A stretch of DNA of 64,000 nucleotides from Mobula birostris (taxonomy: Eukaryota). Below, one piece after another: positions 36,895 through 49,613 of this stretch. Within the stretch, counting starts at the first letter, position 1. The number at the start of each line of letters is the position of its first letter. A program made the translations under genes and the position numbers. The stretch is from contig NC_092398.1 of NCBI RefSeq assembly GCF_030028105.1, forward strand, positions 28,738,424-28,802,423, read 5' to 3'. Below the pieces are notes generated by a model. That model worked only from the letters and a program-made list of their open reading frames with translations. It ran no database searches and had not been told where the DNA came from.

Positions 36895-39310
36895 GAGCTG
36901 TGGAATCCCCCAGTGACACAACCAGGCTCCGTGCGGGTTGATGTTATTTACTCAACATATTTCTACGGTGAACTCCTTTGATTCCGGACCGCTGAGGCAA
37001 CACGTAAAAGGAATTATTTAACAGGGTGGTGATTTCCAGGATGTATGTCCATCGATCCGGACATTCGTTCTGAAGCATCTCGCAGGAGACATAAAATCCT
37101 GAAAGCACGTACCATCAGGCTCAGGAACAGCTTCAATCACGCCGTTATAAATACATTCAGCCTTTCACCCTGACGATTAGATGGACTCTTGATATCGCAA
37201 ACTACCCGCTCTGTCTTTGCAATTTGTTGTTCGCCTGCGCCGCACTTGCTCTGTAACTGCAGCACTTTATTCTGCACTCTGTCATTGTATTACCTGGAAA
37301 CTCAATACACTGTGGCAATAATTTGTTCTGTGTTTATTTTTTTGTGTGTTTGTGCGTTGCGTTGAATGCGGGGTAACAACTATTTGGTTCTCCTTGAAAC
37401 TTGTGAATGCCAATTATATCAAACAATTTTTGAATCCTGAATGTAAAGTCATGTGCTAATTGACCACTACACAGTGGGATGTATTAATGGGGTCAGGGAA
37501 CTGCCTGCAAGGTTGATGCAGTCGTGACATGTGATCTGCAAGTCTGTTAAGTTTGAGCAGTCTCCTCAGAGTGAAAGACTGAGATGAGATCCTTTCCATG
37601 GATTAGAGGAGGGTGATATAAACCCGAGAACCTCGCAGCATCTAATCGGACTTTACCGCGAGGGCGATGAATGAGTGGATCATTCTGAATGGGATGAGGG
37701 ACACTTCGTAAATTATGCGGGGACAAATTGCTTTATGAAAGGGATTTGGACTAAATCTGTATTAAAGTCCTACATGTTCTATCCCGTTTTACAGCCTGTC
37801 CACTCAATCGAAGCTGTGATAACCCACAGAAAATGATGGAGGGGTTCGGCAGGTCAAACAGCATCTAAGGAGGTAAATAAAGAGTCGACGTTTCGGGTGG
37901 AGACTATTTTAAATAGAGCTGCGATATAGACTGGAGAGGAAGGAGGCACATGGCAGAATAAAAAGTTTGGGGAGGCGATAAGGAGTACAGACTGGAACGT
38001 GATACTTGTGGCCAAGTGAGCGGTTAGGTGGGTGGCTGGAGAAGAGGGATTAAGTAAAGACGTTGAAGTTGATAGTTGGAAATAGTAAGAGCTAGAGAAG
38101 AAGGAATCTGATAAGAGAGGGGAATAGACCATGGGAGAAGTGGAAGGAGGTGGTTACAAGGGGGAGGTGATCTGCTGGTGAGGAGATGAAGGAAGAGTTG
38201 TGGCAGAAAGCATCATTGAAGAAAAAGGGAGGGGAGCGGAGAAAATTATCGGAAAACATTAAAACCATCACATAATATTTTTATGCACTTACCATGTCAA
38301 AAAAAAAATCCGCGATTAAACCCGTCTGTATATCTTATAACAACACACATCAAAGTTGCTGGTGAACGCAGCAGGCCAGGCAGCATCTCTAGGAAGAGGT
38401 ACAGTCGACGTTTCGGGCCGAGACCCCATTCTCCTGAACTCCAGGGAATACAGCCCAAGAGCTGCCAGACGTTCCTCATACGGTAACCCTTTCATTCCTG
38501 GAATCATTCTCGTCAATGTTCTCTGATCGATGGGAGAAGGCAGCTGAAATAGTTTGGCATGGACTTGATGGGCTGAAGGGCCTGTTTCTATGCTGTACTT
38601 TGCTCAGACTCTGTGACACTATCTGAGAACCTGCCGAAAAAGCTAGTTTTATTTCTACATGTATATTCAATATTGATACTTTTTCACGTGAAATTACACC
38701 AGGGAGGAAGTGCTTTTATCCTGAAAGTTGTAGACAGATACAAAAGGCGAAAGTATTTTTGAAAAAGAAAATTCTGCTGGAAAATATCGTGGCTTGTGTA
38801 ACGAAGCATCCTTCTTTGATGGCAGGATGACACAGAGGATTCATTACTCATTTAAAATGCAGTGCCTGACGTATTTTGCAAATGGTTTCATCCACCATCA
38901 GCATTGGTTGTAAAAACAAAATATTAATTGTATTTTTATTGCTGATTGGAAGAATATTATATCAATAAAGTATCTCATTCAGAGCTTTAAAGTAACTTTA
39001 TTTTTCATAAACACCTGTAACGTTAAGTTTAGCCTATATTACCTATAACATGTTGAAACCTAAAGATTGACTATCTATGAAACTAACACTGAAAAATCTT
39101 TAGTAACTAATAGAATCTAAGGAGGCTGAGGGCCTGAGGGAAATGCAAGCCACACAGGGGAAACAAGCAGCAAAAAGTTCTAACATGGGGAGGTGCCTTT
39201 GACCTTCTGCATGGGGTAGGGGCGGACTTGGGGGCTGCTGTTGGAGACCATGAAGGATGTGGCACCCTCTCTCCCTGGTGCTCTGCCGTGACAGATTCCC
39301 AGATGGATAC

Positions 39311-39542
39311 TGGACCAGCCACTCTCTCTTGTTCATGCTGCAGCCTCTCTGCTTTAGTTTGGAGAGGCCATGAATCTAATGCCAGGCCTTGTTGGCGTCG
39401 GAGGCCACCAGATCCAAGTTCTTCCTTGTGCCCTTAAATACGATTGTGAAACAGCGGTCGCTGGATTTTTTTTCCCGTGGCGTACCGCTGCTTTCCGCCG
39501 TCTGTTGACCTGGTCTCAACTCCTTGATGTCGTCGATCGAGA
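39311..39542 (-). pseudogene. Orphan phospholipase C-delta (PLCD3/PLCD1-like) PH-domain exon
   Basis: FSIDDIKELRPG...DRCFTIVFKGTRKNLDLVA...WH*IHGLSKLKQR..MNKREWL matches the PLC-delta PH domain. Acceptor cccttgcag|TC, donor CA|GTATCC, conserved Trp mutated to TAG at 39376-39378. Confidence 0.8.
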
Positions 39543-40573
39543 CTGCAAGGGGTCGGGTGGGAGGAGAGAGTAAAATAGCAGCAGAGATCAGAACAAGAGA
39601 TTCAGTCACAGATTCACAAGCACAAGAGATTCAGCAGAAGCGGGGAATTCAGAGTAACACACACACAAAGTTACTTATTCACAGCACTTTACCTATTTAG
39701 AGATACTGTGTGGGACTGGCCCTTCTGCCCCAAAAAACCACATCGCCGAACACCCCACCTGTTTAACAGCAGCCTAATCACAGGAGAACTTACAATGACC
39801 AATCAGCCTTCTTTGAACAGCAGAACCACATGGTCACAGGGAGAATATACAAACTCCTTACACACGGCACTGGTATTGAAGTTTGAATTATTACCTGCGC
39901 ACTCCCTGCCCCCCATCCCTGACCGAGCAGCAACAACATCACACTAACCACTCTGATATGTGGTGCCCTAAAATGCTGGGGGAACTCTGCGGGTCAGGCA
40001 GCATCTGTGGAGAGGAATAAAGAGTCAACACTTCAGGCCAACGTCGCCCATCAGGATGAGTCCTGCAGACGGGCGTCAACCTGTGTGTGTGTGGGTCTGT
40101 GTGTCAGTTATTTTATTTGTCATTTTCCACCCTTTGCTAGTAGTTTTTTACAGCAGTCATTTAGGTCATGTGATCTGCGTCTCCAGTTGATGACATCATC
40201 TGTACCAGTTCTCCATGTAGAGTTGAAGGAGAGCTTGTTCCTTTTCATTCGACATCATCCTGACGTTCAGATCTTTGAACGCATCGTCGGTATGTAAAAG
40301 TCATCTTTGGGTTTATTATTTATTGATGTATATGCATATTTCCACAAATCAGAGATATTTGAATGGTTTGTGTGCAGATAAAGTACAGATGGAATATTCA
40401 TGCGGGTCTCATGTTCTGGCTAACCTGTAGTGAGAAAATGTGCATAAGATACATTGTATGTAGCAACAACTTGCTGACCAGTAGCCTATCTTTATGATAT
40501 ATTCGGAACTTATTTGTATACAGTATCTTGTTTATTATTTTGTATCATTTGTGGTATACCTAATGCTTGCCTT

Positions 40574-41326
40574 TTACTTAACCATAATGGGAATTTGGAC
40601 AGTACTGAAATAAACCAAAGGGATGCACACAATGTGGACAACATAAATCATCTGCAACACAATGAAATTCCCCGACACGGCCAATAGTAAAATGATTCTT
40701 GGGTTCTGCATTTTCGGGTCCTTGGAGCGATCCCCACTATTGCGTCTCCGGAGTCTTCTCCGGTCTCTGCTCGCCACTAACACGTGTCTGATCGTCAAAG
40801 CATTGAGCAGCAGAATGACCACAAACGGGATCACAGGCGTCAGGAAGTAGCTGCCGAACTCGACTACGGTCCAGGCCCCTGAGATCAGGGGAGCAGAACG
40901 TACTTCGCAAAACCAAGGGTTGTGAAACATCCAATATATTCCTGAGAGCAAAAAATACCAAAAAAATGTTCTTTAAACAGGTCAGCGCGGCCATAGTCCC
41001 CAGAACCACAGCCACCGTTCTCTCGGTGCAGTATTTAGCTTTCAGATTCTGGCAGCGAATAGCCACAAATCGGTCAAAGGTGAACATGACAGTAAACCAG
41101 ACGGAACAGTAGTTGGCAGCATGAAGTAAGCCGGACTGGACATTACATACGGGGATGTTCATCAGGAAATAAAACGCTTCCCAGCAAACAACAGGAAATT
41201 GCCTTAGTACCAGGTCTAAGTTAACAACCAGGAGATCCGCTGCTGCCATGGCCATCAGGTAACGAGTGACTCCTTTCGAAAGACCGCACTTTCCCCGGGA
41301 CAGGACCACAATCGTCAGCACGTTCA
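40574..41326 (-). pseudogene. GPR139-like: GPR139-like GPCR, copy 2 (partial exon 2 only)
   Basis: TM1-TM6 homologous to the other copies. +1 frameshift in an A7 run (40960-40966), exon 1 deleted (junction ~41931), TM7 replaced by unrelated sequence after ~40580. Confidence 0.85.
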
Positions 41327-44300
41327 CTATTGGGATTGAAAGAAACACAAGCATGTTTGTGGGCAAGAAGCAAAGCCAGCAAATCACAGACAGGAAATAT
41401 GGAATCATGTTTTTGAACCCAGACTTGAAGAATGTTCCGGCATCGGCGATATCCGCTGGGGACGAGGGTTACAGCTCAGTGAAGTCGACAAAGAAGTTGA
41501 AAATAACGTCATCGCAGCAACCAACGAGCAGCTGATAAAAAGTGTCTTGGATTTCGGTGAAGATGGATTTGGACTAGGGCTCGGAATTGAGCATTGAATT
41601 GGAATTGCTTTACTATTACCGAAGTGGTATAACAAGGTACAGGGAAACACGCGTCTCCACACTGTGCATACCGATTAATTCAATACTCGGTGCTTCGAGG
41701 CGGTGCTGTAATTTCAGCTCGAGCTCTCAGGCTTCTTCTGCCGGTCCCTTAAATTTATTCCATCTCCCTCAAAAAATATTTGGGAAGTCATCTATTTCAA
41801 ACTACACTCCAAACTGACGAATTCAATAATCTAGGGATTCAGACTCAGTTGAAACTTTTAAATGCCAACTCAGAACTTTTTATTTAACGTTGTTTGTAAG
41901 CAAAGTTATTGTTCTGTTCATTTGTATTTTGAAACTCAATGCACTGTGGCAATGATATTTTATCTGTGTTTATTTCTTGTGTTTTTGCCTTGCATTGAAT
42001 GCAGAGTAAGAATACTTCGTTCTCCTTTGCACTTACGAATAAAAAAAAACCCGTTTACAAATTTTACCACTGTGCAGTGGGATGGACCAATGGGATCAGG
42101 GAACTGCCTGCAAGGCTGATGGAGTCGTGGCGTGTGCTCCGCAAGTCTATGAACATTGAACAGTCTCCTCAGAGTGAAAGACTGAGATGAGATCCTTTCC
42201 ATGGTTGGGAGGAGGATGATATAAACCCGCAGAACTTCGCAGCATCTAATCTAACGTCACTGCGAGGGTGATGAATGAGTGGATATTGTGTATCGGATGA
42301 GGAACACTTCGGAAATTATGCGGGGAAAAATTGCCTCATAAAAGGGATTTAGACCATATCTGTATTAAAGTAATATGTAGATATTACTTTCCGTTATGCA
42401 GACCGTTCACTCACCTGAAACTGTGTGAACCCGCACAGAATGCTGGAGGGTTTCAGCAGTTCAGACTGCATCTATGGAGGTGAATAAAGAGTCGACGTTT
42501 CGGGTCGAGACCATTTTAAATGGAACTACGAATAGTTCTGGAGAGGAAGGAGGCACATGCCAGAATAAGACGGTGGGGGAGGCGATACGGAGTACAGACT
42601 AGTACGTGATACTTGTGGCCAAGTGAGCGGTTAGGTGGGTGGGTGAGGAAGAGGAATGAAGCAAAGATGTTGTAGTTGATATTTGGAAAAAGTAAGAGAT
42701 GGAGAATAAGGAATCTGATAAGAGAGGGGAATGAACAATGGAGAAATGGAAGGGGGCGGGGAAGTGAGGGAATGAAGGAAGAGTAGTACCAGAATGGACA
42801 ATTGAAGAAAAGGGAAGGGGAGCGCAGAAAAGTATCGGAAAACATTAAAACCATGACATTTTGTTTTAATGCACCTACCACAGCAAAAATGTTTCCGCAA
42901 TTATACCCATCTGCATATCTCTTAGGTTGATGTAATTCGTTCGGGTCACCTCGCAGGAAAAAATAAGACCAGCTTATCCAATATCTCTTCATAACCTGCA
43001 ACCCAAACAAATTTCCAGAGATTCTCCTCCGCAGCCGATCTCGTCCTCCTGTACTACGGTGACCAGAATTACACACTGTACTCCAAAGCCGGGCTAGGTA
43101 ACGTTATGCATATGAGATGGTGTAGAAAAAAGAAACAGCCATGACTGAATAGTGGAGAAGTCCAGTTGGGCAGAATAGCTTCATTGTGATGCTCTCATTT
43201 TCGGGTTCAATAAATCACCCTGGGTCCCTTTCACTTTCCAGTTTTACCCTTTATACTCACAGGTACGTCCTGGCCTTAACCTGTTGATATCTCCCTCTTA
43301 ATACTCTCTCACCGGACGTCTGTTCCTTCCATTAGACTACTGCTAGATGTCGTCGAAATGTCTGGATATTATCCCTGTTCTAGTTTATGGCTTAATATCC
43401 GGATCCGTCCTCACCTTTCCCATAACGAACTGAAAATTAAAAGTCAATCTCACAGGATTAGGGGACTGCTGAGTAGTCTTGTAACAAGGGGATAGAGGCT
43501 GTCTTTAGCCAGATTTAATTTTCTTTCGAATAGGATCGAGCAGCAGGGAGAATGTCTTGAGTTCAAGGATGTGTTGTTATGTGGGCGCTTTACTGTTCCA
43601 GAGAGGTGTGCAGACAGAATCTCTGAACTGGAGACAAGTTGACCTAATGGACCGGTCTGCGACAGAAAGGGAAGCAGCGTCAGCGAATTCACCGGGAGCG
43701 TTTGGGACGTCAGCCTGGAAACACACCTTGTTTCAGGTGTGTGGTACAGACCAGAATTCATCACACTGCTGGGCTGCGTTGGGCTGTGTTTGTACATACG
43801 GGTAACCATCACATGTGTAGAAGGTCGGAAGTTGTGAGCACGCTCCAGACGCCGGTGCACAGGGGCACAATTTTGGGGATACACACCAGTACACCAGGGA
43901 GCGGTGCTGCGAGACGTGTGGACAGTCAAACCCCAGTGGAGATGGGTAGTGTATAGGGAGGCGTGTGGGAACACAAGACAACGGAACAGTGGTAAACATG
44001 TTTGGATCTCCCTCCTATATGCTGATTTTGTTATCAGCTTCGATCCGGTCAGCGATAATGGTATCGTTGGAAAACCTAAATAAGGCATGGGAGCTGTGCG
44101 GAGCCTTACAGTTATTGAATATGAAGCAAATGTAGCAGTGGGCTCAGCACCCAGTCTTTTGGTGCACCTGTTCTGATGGAGAATATGGAGCAGATGTTGT
44201 TCTCAATCCGAACTCACCGGGGTCTGCATGTGACGATATCGAAGATCTGTTTGCACAAGGAGGTATTCAGAGCATTTTCGTTAAGTTTATTCATTAGTCT

Positions 44301-46208
44301 TGGGTGGGCAATGTCATTAAATGCCGAGATGTCGTCAATAAAGGTCATGTTAATGTGTGCAGGTTTGCTGTCCAGATGTTCCAGCTATGCGTTCATTTCT
44401 CATCGTAGCCGGAGACTCCAATCGGGCTTGTTTGAACAAAACCCCGGGTTTTCCCCGAACAGAAGCCCTGAATGAGATCCGAAATATGCTGAGAAGCATA
44501 TTTCGATACCAAGAACGGTACAAGAAGACACCAAGAAGATACGAAGAAGGGGACAGGAGGTGAAGGAATAATCTCTAGATGTCCGGTCTTTGGGCTGTTT
44601 ATATCTCCCTCTCGATCGTCTCTCACTTACCATTTCTCTTTCCCAATCGACCTCTGCTAGATGTCGCCTCATTGTCTGAATATTAGCCCGGCTCTAGTTT
44701 CGGGTCTTATCTCGCTGTCTGGTTTCCATCCCTTTCCATCTGAGAAGTAATAGTAAATCTTGTAACATCGGGATAGAAGCTGACTTTGAGCCTGGCGTTT
44801 CTATTTTCCTCCGATGGGAGATGGGTGGCAGAGAGATGTCTGGCGTTCAAGCGGATTTTATAATGCCGGCTTCTTGCGTGCCAGACTGGTGTGTAGATCA
44901 GCGTATGGAGTAGAAGTGCATTGGCCTGATAACTTGGGATATATTTACAACTGACCCATCTCCCCCGCCTCCCGCCACCCACGCAACACATTGGTTCTTA
45001 GAGCGGGCGAATTAACTTTGGCGCAGGTAGGCAAGAAGGGGATCATCGTCTGAATATATAAAGAGGGCCGGGACGTCGGTTTAACTCAAGATCCTTAATA
45101 CTACAGTTAAAAGAGGTCTGCATTATTTTACCTATTTTGCCGCTCTCGTGCAACGTCGCTGTCTGTCGCAATTCCCTTACTACCTATGGTTCCTTCTCCC
45201 TCTCTTTAGATTTTGTGTGCTCTTGTTCGTCCTCTCTTCTGAACTCATTGGATCCGCTCTCTCCTATTAGCGACTGTTTTCCTTTTCCTCAGAACGACTC
45301 TCCACCCCCTCTATCCGTACCCTGTCTCCTTGTCTCTGACTCTCTCTCTCGCCGTCTTCCACACCCACTTCCGTTAATTTCCTCTCTCTGGCTTTTACGT
45401 TGCCTTTGACTTCTCTTGGCATCCAAGGTTGTGTCTTTGGAATCATTCTTTTTGTTAGGAATGTGCATATTCCGTCCCTTCCGAATTGCTTTCAGGCATT
45501 TTAGCCATTGCTGCTCTGTCGTCATCCCTGCCAGTCTTATTTCCAAATCATAGAAACATAGAAGCATAGAAAACCTACAGCACAATACAGGCCCATCGGC
45601 CCACAAATTTGTGCTGAACATGTCCCTACAATTCTGGTCAACTCTCTCTCATGCCTCTGTCATTCCCTTTACTCCACGGAAATACTGATACATCTGACTT
45701 TAGCTTCTTCTCAGGGTGAAAGAGATCATTTATCATCATTTTATGATCTCTTTTCCCTTGGGGTTCTTTTACCTTAATCCCTCTAATCAATTCTGGTTCT
45801 TTCTACAGCGCTCAATCCAGAGCAGCTGATCCTCTGGTGGGCCCAACCACGAGCTGCTCTAAAAAGCCATCTCGCAGGAACCCTAGAAATTTCTCCTGAC
45901 TGATTTTCACAATCCTCCTGCATATGAAAGTTTCCCTTGAATAATTTTCCCTTTTGGCATTCATTTTCTATCTTCCGTTGTAATCTGTTGGCCACGTCCT
46001 TAACAGTGTCCGGGTGTCTGTATACAACTCCCAACAGGGTTTTACTTACCTTGCAGTTTCTTAGCTCCATCCACAATAACTGAAGATCTTCCGACCCTAT
46101 GTCACCTCTTACTAATTATTTGATTTCATTTTCTTACCAACAGAGCAACACCGTCCCTTTGCCTTCCTGCGTACGCTTTCGATACAATACGTATCCTTGG
46201 ACATTAAG
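40575..46208. repeat. Segmental duplication unit B (partial; GPCR copy 2)
   Basis: Collinear with 49780-57758 apart from a ~1.05-kb deletion and insertions specific to unit C. Confidence 0.85.
44000..44420 (-). mobile_element. Old Rex1/Babar-type RT relic carried in the duplicated unit (paralog at ~54900-55320)
   Basis: LEHLD..MTFIDDISAFNDI..RTGAPKDWVLSPLL resembles the consensus FIDYSSAFNTI..TGAPQGCVLSPLL. Confidence 0.7.
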
Positions 46209-49200
46209 GTATCATCATATTAAGATTATAAGCTATAAGGCATTAAGACTGCACGCAACCAAATACAACGCCTTCAGTCCTGTAATAACCCTGTTTGATT
46301 CTGTCCACTTATACGCACACACACACATATATCTAGAAACGGGGGCCGGAACAGAGTCACTAACATCAAGAAGGATCACAGCCGTCAGACTGTTAATCCC
46401 ACTCCACTGATGGAGAAGGCTACGTATGTCCACGGCAGGACCACAAGCAGTTATCTTCCCCAAGTCTGAATAAAATCTCCTCCAACTAACCCATCCCTGC
46501 AGACCCTCAGCCACCAATAGTTTATCACCTTATACACCGATAGCCCAGTACCTAACGTCCTTTATGGAGATGAGACCCACAGTAAGAATGTTTTGTTTTT
46601 ACGATTGTGTTCTTTATTGAATAGTATTTATTTTTGGTGCACCGAACCAGGAGTAATAAGAACTTCGTTCTACTTTTCATCTATGCACTAGAAATGCCGT
46701 TAAGTAATATTCAATCTTACATAAACCTGTGTTTTGTGGTCGTGTTAATGATCATACTGTAGAATGGGTTAATTTCAAGATGCTGTTATTAAATGGTGAG
46801 AACAGCACGTCTTACTTTCAGCCCGGACAGAATGTTAGAGGAACTGAGCGTTTCAGGCAGAATTTATGGAGGAGGAATAATCAGTTGCTGTTTCGGGCAG
46901 AGACTCTTTATCAACATAGCGAAGAAAGGGTGCAGAAGCAGGAATACCCAACGAGTAGTGGGTGCTTGTGCACAGATTATTCTGGGTTAATATGAATTTA
47001 CCGGATATTAATTCAATCGAAAACCAATTTTCAGTTCATGTTGTAAATGGTAAGCATTAAATTGATGTTAAAACACTGGCGGCCCAGATATAGAGAGATA
47101 ATGTTTGTGAAATAGTGAAGATGAGCCGTTTTATATCCGCAACAGCCGAGCGGATCAAATGGATGACAGTGAGGATAATCTACTGGAGCAATCAACGACA
47201 TTGTAACGATCGTAATAGCATTGAATCACCTACTGATATAACTGATCTCAACGGCCAAAATAGGAAGTATTTTTGTGCGACTCTACTGAGTGGGACATAG
47301 AGGAAAGGCCGCTTGCTGCGATGAATATCATCACCTTCAGTGTGTCTCCGGTGACTCAGCAGGAACGGAATGGAAGGGGGCAGAAGCAGTTTTGCGATTG
47401 GGTGCTGTGAGCCCGGACGAACAGTAGTTGGTACCAAGGCGGGTCTGTCTGCAGTCGAGAAGGAGGCAAGTACGAAATAAGCTTTGAAAAGGGCTTCAAG
47501 ACGGGCGCAGGATAGAGGTACAGGAGCACTATAACCTGGACTTCCAGCATAGGCAACGGCCTCAAACCTCTGGCTGTGAAACAGCAGATCACCTTGCCAC
47601 CACGGATCCCGCCACCAGGACAAGATCTGTTTACACTTTACTGTTTACTGTTTACCTCTGCTGAGCACTTAATCGATATGAAATTATATTTATAACTTTA
47701 CTCCTAGCAATATATTTTTTCATATCTTTTGTGACATGTCTGTTTTGTGTGTGCTCCTTGGTCCCGAGGAAGGATGTTTCGTCTTATCATATATATGTAT
47801 CACCGGAAGAGAATAAACGTGAACTTCAGAAGGAGAATCTTTAAATAACACGTAGAAGTTATATATATCATGTACTGCCTGGTAGTTGACTGGAATATGT
47901 TGTCAAACAGAGTCAGAGATGGTGATAGAAAAGCAATATCTGAAAATATACGGACGAACACAAACTCAAGCGGAGGTTGGGACGACAGGTGTATTTACCT
48001 TTACCTTTGACATGATTGTATAGAAACAGAGCGAGAACACTTTTCCTGTGTGGCAATCCTAAACACCAGAGAATGTGGAATTAAAGTGAGAACGTGGATA
48101 CTTGAAAGGAGAATTGCAGAGCAATTTCTTTCACAAAGAGAGTGATGGATGGTGCAGGTACTTTGTAACTGCAGCGATTTGGCGATGTTTAGATAGGTAG
48201 ACATGTAAATTGTGTAATATCTATTATATGCTGGCACAAAGTGTTAGTTTCAAATGTTGGGATATAATTCAGAAATTGGCGGTGTTGTGAATGTTGAGGA
48301 AGTTTCTCGATGGATTCTGCATGATGTATGCCAACTGGGGAATTGAGAAGCAATATAGCAGATGAAGGTTAATCCAGATCAGTGGCCTGCTGCACACTGT
48401 GTGTGGAGTGAGGTTAAGTGGAATCATAAAATATTTATTGAATGGATGGATGCTTTGGCTGGACATCCACGTCTTTCTGAATGTAACATGGCACGGAGAG
48501 ATGTTGGCAAAAAAGGCGTACGCTTCATTCCATAATGGGTCGTGTTTTCAGTGATGAGTTCAGGAAGTCATGCAACAGCTCCGTGAATGATTGAACGTAG
48601 ATATCTCCAAATTCCAGTTTATTTCCCCCATCTACCCTTTCCTCTTCCTTAATTCTCCACTCTTGCCCACTTATCTCCTCTCTCTCCTCCAGTACGCATA
48701 TTCTCCGAGTACTGTCACTTCCCTTCCTCCCGTGATCCATTCACTTTTCAGATCTGATTCCTTCTTCTGCTGTTAGTCTTATCACCTCCTAACATTGCTT
48801 CGCACCCCCTCTCCTGTTTACTTGACTTTAACTGCCACGTTCTAGCTTGTAAACTTTCCCTCTGCCCACCTTCTTAACTCTGGTCTCTTTCCCCTTCCTT
48901 TTCAGTTTTGATGAAGGGTTCTGGAATCCTCGACTGTCTGTTCATTGATACAGATCCCGCCTGAGCTAATGAGTCCCTCTAGGATTTTGTATGTGTTGCT
49001 GCGGATGTGTAGCATCTGCAGAATCTCTAGACAGAATAAATTATTGTTTTGGCCATCGTTCATTTGCCAGTCTAAGCATCACTTAAATGAAGTTTTGATA
49101 AAGCAGCCATTGAATACGCAGACGCACATCAGCAGTTTAATTTAGCGATACTGATGGCATCCATATCATGGGCCGAACGGCCTATTCCTGTGCAGCACTG

Positions 49201-49613
49201 ATCTGTGTTCATGATTTTTCAATCACGTATTTATAAAACTGATTTCAGTGCGGATTCTTTGATTCGATAACCTGGACCAGACAGCCTCGTTTGCCACAAT
49301 TCTTGAGAGACAGACACACTGGTAGAATGCGCGGACAACTGCTAATAATATGCTCCGCCACATAGAAGCTTTGCTTCTATAATGGAGCGGGAAATTAACA
49401 GAGGGAGTTTCATGTTAACAGTATTTTACCTTTCTTATTTAAGATACAGCAGGGTAACAGGGGTTTTCACCATAACCTTCATGTCTTTGGAATGTGAGTG
49501 CACTTGGAAGAATCCCACGCCGTCATCGATAGAACGTAGAAAATTCATACAGACGGCTGCAGGGACTGAAACCGCTTTGAACCGCATTCAACTAGGTGGG
49601 CAGCGCCGGTTTC

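Larger units (their letters stand above)
25846..38335. repeat. Segmental duplication unit A (GPCR copy 1)
   Basis: Collinear homology with 58175 onward (unit D) and 46325-53075 (unit C). Confidence 0.85.

Noticed and set aside
40100-40295. Possible PLC-delta exon 2 or a plus-strand exon
   Set aside because: The WRR..L..CK similarity needs frameshifts, upstream residues do not match, and the splice sites are unconvincing.
43450-44088. 212-aa ORF and its unit C counterpart
   Set aside because: The frame is not conserved between units, there is no recognisable domain, and it overlaps LINE relics.
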